A stretch of DNA of 25,533 nucleotides. It comes from Acidobacteriota bacterium. GTDB taxonomy: Bacteria > Acidobacteriota > UBA6911 > RPQK01 > JAPXNP01. The stretch spans positions 1 to 25,533 of the forward strand of contig DATKAT010000035.1 in assembly GCA_035514675.1 (NCBI GenBank). Direction: 5' to 3'. The position numbers and the translations under genes are program-made. Positions 18,631 to 25,533 of the stretch are shown here, one piece after another. Every line of letters starts with the position of its first letter. Within the stretch, counting starts at the first letter, position 1. Under the pieces are notes generated by a model. The model did not search any database, was not told where the DNA came from, and was given only the letters and a program-made list of their open reading frames with translations.

Positions 18631-18824
18631 ATGAAAAGAGCGGGATTCAGACAAACTCAGCGCCGTCGCGCAAGAGATCGATGGATGGGACCTCAATCCG
18701 CAGGAGCGCCGAACGAAACGCCTGGCAGCCGCCCCGCTGGAAGCGCCTCAGTTCCGAGCACCCCTTGACTTGCGTCCCGATTCCAGCTAGGTAAGGGATA
18801 CTGGCAATCGAAGGAGAAAAGAAG

Positions 18825-20156
18825 ATGAAGCATTGGAACAGACGGGATTTTATCAAGCGGTCGGCGGTGTCGGCAGTCGCCGCGCCGATCGTGATCGCAG
18901 CCGTGGAGCGAGTTTCCGGGGCCGCCGAACGGATTCAGGTCGCGGCCGCGGGAGTGCGCGGACAGGGGCGAGCCAATATCGCTGGATTTCAACAGCTCCC
19001 CAATGTCGAGGTGGCGGCCATTTGCGACGTCGATGAAAACGTCCTGGCGGAACGGGTGAAGGAATTCGAAGATCGCGGCTGGAAGAAACCCACGACCCAT
19101 ACAGACATTCGCAAGCTGCTGGAAAATCCGGAGATCGACGTCGTCAGCTTCGCCACGCCCAACCACTGGCACGCTCTGGGAACCATTTGGGCCTGTCAGG
19201 CGGGCAAGGACGTCTACGTGGAGAAGCCGGCCTCCCACAACATCTGGGAGGGCCGGAAGATGGTCGAAGCGGCTCGAAAATACAATCGGATCGTGCAAAC
19301 CGGAATGCAAATCCGCAGTTCCATCGGAGTGCGCGCGGCGATCGACTTCATGCGCAGCGGGCAACTGGGCGAGGTCTATATGGCCAAAGGGCTTTGCTAC
19401 AAATGGCGGGATACGATCGGACGCACGCCGGACGAGCCGGTTCCAGCGGGCGTCGATTACGATCTCTGGCTGGGACCGGCGCCGGTCCGCGCCTTCTCCA
19501 GAAACCGGTTTCATTACAACTGGCACTGGCACTGGGACTATGGCAACGGTGACATCGGAAATCAGGGCGTGCACCAGCTCGACATCGCCCGCTGGGGGCT
19601 TGGCCTGGATCAACATCCCGTCCGCGTCTCCTCGATGGGCGGACATGTGATGTTTGACGACGATCAGGAGACTCCCAACGTTCAGCACGCAGTCTTCGAA
19701 TATCCCACCACGGAAGTGACTGGAGGCAAGAAGTTGCTGCAGTTCGAAGTCCGGCACTGGATCAGCAACCACGAAGGGGGCGTTAGCGAAGGCGCTCAGG
19801 ACAACATCGGAGTCATTTTTTACGGCTCCGAAGGGTATCTGGTGATCGACAGCTACTCAAGCTGGCGCAGCTATCTGGGACGCGAACGGACTCCTGGGCC
19901 CCACGCCACTGCCGGGGGCGATCATTACGGTAACTTCATCGAAGCCGTCCGCTCGCGCGACCGGTCGCTGCTCAACTGCGACATCGAGGAGGGACATCTG
20001 AGCGCCACCCTGAATCACCTGGCAAATATCTCCTACAGACTGGGACGGTCATTGGATTTCGATCCGCAAAAGGAGCGCTTCAGGAAAGACGAAGAAGCCG
20101 ACGGGATGCTTTCCCGCCAGTACCGCGCGCCGTTCGTAATACCGAAAGAGGTCTGA
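18825..20156 (+). CDS. Tat-exported Gfo/Idh/MocA oxidoreductase (443 aa)
   Basis: NRRDFIK twin-arginine signal; ATPNHWH, DVYVEKP, YDLWLGPAP and WHWHWDYGNGDIGNQGVH motifs; AAGGAG SD. Confidence 0.92.
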   Translation: MKHWNRRDFIKRSAVSAVAAPIVIAAVERVSGAAERIQVAAAGVRGQGRANIAGFQQLPNVEVAAICDVDENVLAERVKEFEDRGWKKPTTHTDIRKLLENPEIDVVSFATPNHWHALGTIWACQAGKDVYVEKPASHNIWEGRKMVEAARKYNRIVQTGMQIRSSIGVRAAIDFMRSGQLGEVYMAKGLCYKWRDTIGRTPDEPVPAGVDYDLWLGPAPVRAFSRNRFHYNWHWHWDYGNGDIGNQGVHQLDIARWGLGLDQHPVRVSSMGGHVMFDDDQETPNVQHAVFEYPTTEVTGGKKLLQFEVRHWISNHEGGVSEGAQDNIGVIFYGSEGYLVIDSYSSWRSYLGRERTPGPHATAGGDHYGNFIEAVRSRDRSLLNCDIEEGHLSATLNHLANISYRLGRSLDFDPQKERFRKDEEADGMLSRQYRAPFVIPKEV

Positions 20157-20166
20157 TTTCGGGGGG

Positions 20167-20207
20167 CTGGAATTCCTGGAATTCAAAGTTCCGAGTTCCG
20201 AGTTCCA
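20167..20207 (+). repeat. Short tandem repeats
   Basis: CTGGAATTC x2 (20167-20184) and AGTTCC(G/A) x3 (20187-20207). Confidence 0.8.
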
Positions 20208-20317
20208 GTCCCTCCGCACCCCTTAGGTTCGGGCAGATGGGTGAAACTTTTTGAGATTTTAGTCGGTGTTGGCAATCGGAATAAAGATCTTGAATGCGGC
20301 GCAAGGCCGGCAGTCAT

Positions 20318-20410
20318 TAGCCCAGTCACGTGAGGGCCGGGATGAGGCCGCCCTCAGAATTCGTAGCGCCCGTCACGGGGCGCAAGCCCCAGAAGCCCGC
20401 AAAGCGGGCG
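20318..20410. repeat. Degenerate REP/BIME-like hairpin cluster
   Basis: GTAG+CGCCCGTCACGGGGCG (20363-20382), GCCCGC-AAA-GCGGGC (20395-20409) and an upstream TAGCCCAG...GGG unit. Confidence 0.45.
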
Positions 20411-20646
20411 ACGCAATCTCGCCGCAAACGAATCGCACCCGGAAACCGATGCCCCCGGCTGAACGCGCCAGCGCAATCGTCAGAGCGACGCGGCCGCTTC
20501 GGACGCGTTGATGTGTGGCATTCCGCCCGACTGTTCCCAGGAAGCGCTCGCTGATCTCAGCCCGTCAACGGGCCCCGAACCGGGTCCCGTCGCTCCGACA
20601 TCCGGCGTTTCCGCAATTTCAGCAGCCGGAACGAGCTTCAATAGCC

Positions 20647-20693
20647 CCAGCACCAAGCACCCAGCACCAACCGCACCAGGGACGCGGAACGAA
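20647..20693 (+). repeat. Heptamer tandem repeat C(C/A)AGCAC with dispersed tail
   Basis: CCAGCAC-CAAGCAC-CCAGCAC-CAACCGCAC; the AGCACCAAC...CGGAACGAA segment recurs inverted at about 25504-25533. Confidence 0.65.
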
Positions 20694-21857
20694 TCAAGAA
20701 TGCAATCGCGGGATCTCGGTCCAGCTCCGCTTTTGATGAGATTCCAGAGCCTTTTCGGCCAGTTGCACGCCCCTGGCCCCCGCCAGCAGTGTCCAGGGAA
20801 ACGGACTCCCTGTGACGACGTGCTTCAGGAACTCCTCCCACTGGGCCTGAAAAGCGTTGCCGTACTCCATCTGATCGGGAACCTTCATCCAGTCCCGAAA
20901 ATAGTCGAGCGACGCCTCAACGTCCGGGTCCCAGACGGGCCTTGGAGTCCCGTCCAATGGCTGTATCCAGCAGTCCCCAAGCCCCGCCACTGCCGATCCA
21001 CGCGTCCCGTCCACCTGGAGCGTCAGCAGGTCGTCGCGCCTGACCCGCACCGCCCAGGAGGAATTGAAATGGGCCACGACGCCGCCGGAAAGCTCAAAGG
21101 TGGCGTATGCAGCGTCGTCGGCGGTGCACTGGTACGCTTTCCCCCTTTCATCCCATCGCTCCCGCAGGTGGGTGGCGGCATGACAGCTGAGTCTTTCCAC
21201 CGGGCCGAAAAGCCCTTCCAGCAGGTAATGCCAATGGGGAAACATGTCCAGAACGATCCCGCCTCCGTCCTGTTGACGATAATTCCACGACGGTCGTTGG
21301 CTTGGAACCGCGTCTCCGACGAAGACCCAGTATCCGAACTCTCCCCGGATCGACAGGATCTCCCCAAAGAATCCGCTTTCCACCAGAGATCTTAGTTTTT
21401 GAATGCCGGGCAGCCAGAGCTTGTCCTGCACCACCCCGTGCCGCAACCCCGCCTCTTCGGCCTTCCGATAAAGCCGATACGCCGTATTGGAGTCCTCGGC
21501 TACCGGCTTTTCGCAGTAAACGTGCTTTCCTGAATCAATCGCCTGCTCGACGGACTCCGCGCGCAGACGGGTCAACTGCGCATCGAAGTAAATGGAATAC
21601 GCGGGGTCCTCCAGAACGGCGCCGAGATCCGTCGTCCAGCTTTCGATCCCGTACTGTCGGGCCAGCCCCTCCAGCTTGGCCGCGTTTCTCCCGACCAGTG
21701 CAACCGGATCGGGCAGAATCGATTCCTCGTCGCTCAGGCGGACGCCGCCCTGAGCGATGATAGGCAGAATCGACCTTTTCAGATGCTGATTCGACCCCAT
21801 TCGTCCAGTCGCGCCGTTGAGTACGATTCCGATGCGGTGGATTTTTCGCTTCGACAT
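20694..21857 (-). CDS. Cytoplasmic Gfo/Idh/MocA oxidoreductase (387 aa)
   Basis: IGIVLNGATGRMG, HVYCEKPVA, GEFGYWVF, QRPSWNYR and LDMFPHW motifs. Confidence 0.9.
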   Translation of the reverse strand: MSKRKIHRIGIVLNGATGRMGSNQHLKRSILPIIAQGGVRLSDEESILPDPVALVGRNAAKLEGLARQYGIESWTTDLGAVLEDPAYSIYFDAQLTRLRAESVEQAIDSGKHVYCEKPVAEDSNTAYRLYRKAEEAGLRHGVVQDKLWLPGIQKLRSLVESGFFGEILSIRGEFGYWVFVGDAVPSQRPSWNYRQQDGGGIVLDMFPHWHYLLEGLFGPVERLSCHAATHLRERWDERGKAYQCTADDAAYATFELSGGVVAHFNSSWAVRVRRDDLLTLQVDGTRGSAVAGLGDCWIQPLDGTPRPVWDPDVEASLDYFRDWMKVPDQMEYGNAFQAQWEEFLKHVVTGSPFPWTLLAGARGVQLAEKALESHQKRSWTEIPRLHS

Positions 21858-21872
21858 GCCAAATTTCCGACA

Positions 21873-21895
21873 ACCCGCTTGAAAAACGCGGATTA
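21873..21895 (-). repeat. Third, fragmentary copy of the left end of the 12079 element
   Basis: TAATCCGCGTTTTTCAAGCGGGT versus TAGCCCGCATTTTTCACACGGGT (18 of 23); starts at the cupin stop codon. Confidence 0.45.
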
Positions 21896-22327
21896 AGCGC
21901 GCTGAGGCCTTGCTCCGTCAGGAAGCGGAGGCGCATCGACGCCGGCTTTCGGAAGCGTCCCTTCCAATTCCTGCTTCCAGTGATCGACTTCGCCCGCCGG
22001 ACCATAACAGTAAATCAACTTCAGGGGCGCATCCCCTATATTGGTCAGTTGGTGGAAAACCCCCGACGGCACGTAAACGGCCTGCCCGCCCTCGACGGTG
22101 CGGCGCTCGTTATCCACGCACATCTCGCCGACTCCTTCCAGGATCAGGTAGATTTCCTCCTGAGGATGGTTGTGCCAGGGGACCTGGCCTCCCTCCCCAT
22201 CCAGCGTCACCATGCCCATGCAAAAATGGGTGGTCTGAATGGCGGAGGCTCCCCCCGCGATGTTTCGAGTGCTTCGTCCGGCGGGAAACCGTGGCCCGTC
22301 GGCTGTCGTCAAGTCCTCTATCAGCAT
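21893..22327 (-). CDS. Cupin_2 domain protein (144 aa)
   Basis: Start moved to MLIEDL at 22327. Metal-binding motifs WHNHPQEEIYLILEG and VYVPSGVFHQLTN. Confidence 0.85.
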   Translation of the reverse strand: MLIEDLTTADGPRFPAGRSTRNIAGGASAIQTTHFCMGMVTLDGEGGQVPWHNHPQEEIYLILEGVGEMCVDNERRTVEGGQAVYVPSGVFHQLTNIGDAPLKLIYCYGPAGEVDHWKQELEGTLPKAGVDAPPLPDGARPQRA

Positions 22328-22483
22328 CGTTCCGGATCCCTTCGATGCCAGCCTATACCAATCTCCGACGGAAGTGAAGAACAGCGCATGAAACCGCGCC
22401 TTGAGAGCCCTTCCGAAATCCGCAAAGGGAACCGATTCGAATCGGCTGAATCGCAATCCGAAATGTTCTACAATCGCCGCGAC

Positions 22484-23344
22484 GTGAAACTCTCCTTATG
22501 CAACGAAGTCCTGCGGGAATTTCCGTTTCCGGAACAGTGTCGCCTGGCGCGGGATTTCGGTTACGACGGTCTCGAAATCGCACCCTTCACGCTGGACGAA
22601 AACCCTCATCTCATTCCACCATACAGAGCCCGGAAATTTCATCGCGTGGCAGCGGACTCCGGGATTTCCATCACCAGCCTGCACTGGCTTCTGGCCGCTC
22701 CGGCCGGACTCTCCATCAACTCGCCGGACGCTTTCGTTCGCGGCCGAACGGTCGAGGTCTTGCAAGGGCTGATCGAGCTTTGCAGCGAACTCGGCGCAAG
22801 AACCATTGTCCACGGCTCGCCAAAGCAGCGAAGCTACGGAACGACCGTCGGGAAAGCTCAGGCGGAAGCGCTGGCTCTGGAAACTTTCCGAGCCATCGCA
22901 ACGGAGGTGGAAGCCGCCGCAATCACCTACTGCATCGAGCCGCTTTCGCCGCAGGAAACGAACTTCCTAAACACGGTCGAGGAGTCGATCCGATTCTGCC
23001 AACGAATCGGAAGCCCGGCTTTTCGAACCATGCTGGACACGCGCGCCGCCCGTTCCATCGAGCAGTCATCCGTCGAAGAGCTGTTTGCCGCCTGGTATCC
23101 GAAGGGTTGGATCGCTCACGTCCACCTGAACGATCGGAACCGCAGGGGTCCGGGCCAAGGAGACGATCCCTTTGCGCCGCTGCTGGCCGAAATGCACCGT
23201 CAAGATTATCAGGAGGTCGTCGTCGTCGAACCCTTCGACTACTTCCCCGATGGTCCGGGCGCCGCTTCCTACTGCGCCGGCTACCTGCGCGGAATTTTTG
23301 AAACCCTGGCCCCCCGCGGATTGAACGGAGCCTCCAACGAATGA
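22484..23344 (+). CDS. Sugar phosphate isomerase/epimerase, TIM barrel (ketose 3-epimerase-like)
   Basis: Start inferred at GTG 22484 (MKLSLCNE; ATG 22463 is an alternative). GYDGLEIAPFTL; metal ligands in IEPL..E, MLDT, HVHLND and VEPF. Confidence 0.88.
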   Translation: MKLSLCNEVLREFPFPEQCRLARDFGYDGLEIAPFTLDENPHLIPPYRARKFHRVAADSGISITSLHWLLAAPAGLSINSPDAFVRGRTVEVLQGLIELCSELGARTIVHGSPKQRSYGTTVGKAQAEALALETFRAIATEVEAAAITYCIEPLSPQETNFLNTVEESIRFCQRIGSPAFRTMLDTRAARSIEQSSVEELFAAWYPKGWIAHVHLNDRNRRGPGQGDDPFAPLLAEMHRQDYQEVVVVEPFDYFPDGPGAASYCAGYLRGIFETLAPRGLNGASNE

Positions 23345-24735
23345 TCCGCATCGACGATTCCACCCGCCCCGAGCGACTCCAATCGGCCATCGAATGCCTC
23401 TGGCCGCTGGCCGCCCGGAAACTCCGCTCCATCGACGAATGCTTCGAGGACCGCGACGACGCCCCCGTCTTCACGGTAGATGGTCGATATACGTCAAGGG
23501 GCTGGACGGAGTGGACGCAGGGCTTCCAGTTCGGCTCCCTACTGCTGCAGTTCGACGCCACGGACGACGATGAGTTTCTGCACAAGGGCCGCGCTCGGAC
23601 GCTTGAAAAAATGGCCGCGCACCTGACGCATTTCGGAGTCCACGACCATGGATTCAACAACGTCAGCACCTATGGCAACCTTCGGAGACTGGCGCTGGAA
23701 TCCCGATTTTCGGCTTCCTCTTGGGAACGGGAGTTTTACGGTCTGGCTCTGAAAGTCTCCGCCGCCGTTCAAGCTCGACGTTGGACCTCGCTTCCAGACG
23801 GCGGCGGCTTCATCTATTCATTCAACGGCCCCCATTCGCTATTCGCCGACACCATTCGCTCGCTGCGCAGCCTTTCGCTGGGCCACCTGCTGGGGCACCG
23901 GATGCTGGAAGAAAACGACCGCGCCGTTTCCTTGCTGGAAAGGCTCGTCCAGCATGCGCTTTCCACCGCCCGCTACATCGTCTTTTACGGTCAGGGCCAC
24001 GATATATACGACGTTTCCGGTCGAATCAGCCATGAGGCCATCTTCAACCTCAACGACGGCAGCTATCGCTGTCCCGGCACCCAACAGGGCTACTCCCCCT
24101 TTTCGACTTGGACCCGCGGTCTGGCCTGGGTGATCTGCGGATTCGCCGAACAACTCGAGTTCCTGGAATCTCTCCCGCATTCATCGTTTGACAGATTGGG
24201 AGGCCGCGCGAAGATCGAATCGGCGTTTCGCCGCGCCTGCATCGCTACAGCCCAACACTACATCGAGTGCTGCCCATCCGACGGAATCCCTTACTGGGAT
24301 ACCGGGGCGCCCGGACTCCGTTTCCTGGAGGGGTGGGCCGATCGGCCGGCCGATCCCTTCAACCCCCACGAACCGGTCGACAGCTCCGCCGCTGCCATCG
24401 CTGCGCAGGGCCTGTTGCGCCTGGCCAATTACCTTTCTCGAAATGGAAAAACACCGCTTGAGAAGCGCTTCCGCCAGGCGGGCCTGACAGTGGCCGGGCG
24501 ACTGCTGCAGGAACCGTATCTTTCAGCCGATCCAGACCACCAGGGGCTTCTCCTGCACTCCGTCTACCACCGGCCGCGCGGCTGGGACTACGTTCCGGAC
24601 GATCGAAACATCCCGTGCGGCGAAGCGAGCATGTGGGGCGACTACCACCTGATGGAACTGGGCGTCTACCTGCAGCGACTCATCCGCAACGACGCTTACC
24701 TGACGTTCTGGGGAGGCTCCCAAACCGATGTCTGA
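23341..24735 (+). CDS. GH88-like glycoside hydrolase (unsaturated glucuronyl hydrolase fold), cytoplasmic, 464 aa
   Basis: WTQGF, HDHGF, FADT, WTRGLAW, PYWD, DSSAAAI and WGDY motifs; ATGA overlap with the upstream gene; no signal peptide. Confidence 0.8.
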   Translation: MIRIDDSTRPERLQSAIECLWPLAARKLRSIDECFEDRDDAPVFTVDGRYTSRGWTEWTQGFQFGSLLLQFDATDDDEFLHKGRARTLEKMAAHLTHFGVHDHGFNNVSTYGNLRRLALESRFSASSWEREFYGLALKVSAAVQARRWTSLPDGGGFIYSFNGPHSLFADTIRSLRSLSLGHLLGHRMLEENDRAVSLLERLVQHALSTARYIVFYGQGHDIYDVSGRISHEAIFNLNDGSYRCPGTQQGYSPFSTWTRGLAWVICGFAEQLEFLESLPHSSFDRLGGRAKIESAFRRACIATAQHYIECCPSDGIPYWDTGAPGLRFLEGWADRPADPFNPHEPVDSSAAAIAAQGLLRLANYLSRNGKTPLEKRFRQAGLTVAGRLLQEPYLSADPDHQGLLLHSVYHRPRGWDYVPDDRNIPCGEASMWGDYHLMELGVYLQRLIRNDAYLTFWGGSQTDV

Positions 24736-25495
24736 ACCAGTCGCGCTGATCACAGGAGGAACGAGAGGCATCGGCGCCGCCGTAGCCCAAGCCCTGGCCG
24801 AGCGGGGGTTTTCACTGGCTCTCTGCGGCGTGCGAGCGCCCGACGAAGTTCAAGCGATACTTACGGAATTATCACACACAGTCTCTCAAATAAGATATTT
24901 TCAGTGCGACGTCGGCGATTCCAGGCAACGGAAGCGGTTGGTGGATGACGTCTCCAAGCGATTCGGGCGGATCGACACCCTGATCAACAACGCGGGAATC
25001 GCTCCCGCGGAACGGGTCGACATCCTACAGGCTACCGAGGAGAGTTTTTCAACAGTCCTGCGGGTCAATCTGCAGGGCCCGTACTTTCTGACTCAGCAGG
25101 TGGCGCGGAGGATGCTGGAGCAGGAAATTGGTTCAGTCCCTCCCTGCGTTATCAACATCACTTCAGTCTCGGCGTTCGCCGCCTCCTTGAACCGGGGCGA
25201 GTACTGCATCTCAAAGGCAGGGCTGAGTATGGCCAGCCGCCTCTGGGCCTTGCGCCTGGCGCCATGCGGAATTTCGGTCTTCGAGATTCAGCCCGGGATC
25301 ATTCGAACCGACATGACCAAGGAAGTCGCCGACAAGTACGATCGCCTGATCGAACAGGGGCTGGTGCCGGAGGGTCGCTGGGGGCGGCCCGAAGACGTCG
25401 GTCGGGTCGCGGCGGCAATGGCCGCCGGCGAACTCCCCTACGCCACGGGGCAGATCTTGATCGTCGACGGCGGCATGACGATTCCGCGGCTTTAG
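24728..25495 (+). CDS. Short-chain dehydrogenase/reductase (classical SDR), 255 aa
   Basis: ITGGTRGIG, NNAG, ITSVS, YCISK and PGII.TDMT motifs; overlaps the GH88-like stop by 8 nt. Confidence 0.92.
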   Translation: MSEPVALITGGTRGIGAAVAQALAERGFSLALCGVRAPDEVQAILTELSHTVSQIRYFQCDVGDSRQRKRLVDDVSKRFGRIDTLINNAGIAPAERVDILQATEESFSTVLRVNLQGPYFLTQQVARRMLEQEIGSVPPCVINITSVSAFAASLNRGEYCISKAGLSMASRLWALRLAPCGISVFEIQPGIIRTDMTKEVADKYDRLIEQGLVPEGRWGRPEDVGRVAAAMAAGELPYATGQILIVDGGMTIPRL

Positions 25496-25533
25496 TTTGG
25501 TTCTTCGTTCCGAGTGCTGGGGGCGTTGGTGCT

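Noticed and set aside
18765-18793. TTGACT-N17-TAGGTA promoter candidate for the 18825 gene
   Set aside because: The -35 is good, but the -10 lacks the conserved final T; too weak to list.
20226-20250. GGTTCGGGCAGATGGGTGAAACTTT, reminiscent of IS481-type terminal repeats
   Set aside because: Single copy, no partner end and no transposase fragment; the resemblance is from memory only.
20395-20450. Possible c-di-GMP riboswitch, SRP, 6S or RNase P RNA in the long intergenic region
   Set aside because: Only scattered short words such as GACGCAA match. Diagnostic cores are absent, and the position between convergent 3' ends does not suit a riboswitch.
20167-20693. CRISPR array
   Set aside because: Repeats are 7-9 nt and tandem with no unique spacers; no cas genes in the window.
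354-21395. Long antisense or alternative-frame ORFs (e.g. 354-1841, 3347-4417, 4995-6176, 5344-6300, 7590-8915, 14851-15924, 18693-19772, 20508-21395)
   Set aside because: They overlap genes with clear family motifs and have no motifs themselves; typical shadow ORFs of GC-rich coding DNA.
24728-25495. Assignment of the SDR as fabG or kduD
   Set aside because: There is no fatty-acid gene context and the motifs are generic for classical SDRs, so a specific symbol is not supportable.

Overview
GC-rich bacterial chromosomal window, probably Acidobacteriota or a similar heterotroph. This is inferred from gene content (an FG-GAP/ASPIC-UnbV protein, an exported protein of a type I associate with Acidobacteria, many Gfo/Idh/MocA paralogues). 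It holds about 22 genes, mostly carbohydrate metabolism: xylB-xylA, galK, a PPi-type phosphofructokinase, four Gfo/Idh/MocA oxidoreductases, and a divergent cluster (Gfo + cupin | TIM-barrel epimerase + GH88-like + SDR). It also encodes an orphan ferredoxin/MDHAR-like reductase, MscS with an upstream unknown protein, a DRG-like TGS GTPase and exported TPR and FG-GAP proteins. The best candidate for an undescribed system is the coupled operon apbE-doxX-Tat Gfo/Idh/MocA (381-3175). The oxidoreductase has atypical active-site motifs and a flavinylation-like DAAGAT loop, suggesting an extracytoplasmic, possibly FMN-modified sugar dehydrogenase linked to the quinone pool. Intergenic DNA carries at least two dispersed small-repeat families: G(T/G)RG-headed REP doublets and a 78-bp TIR element with decayed copies. 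Several genes have a -10 box close to a start codon lacking a Shine-Dalgarno (SD) sequence. No rRNA, tRNA, CRISPR array or transposase was found. Family assignments come from motif recognition, not database searches.
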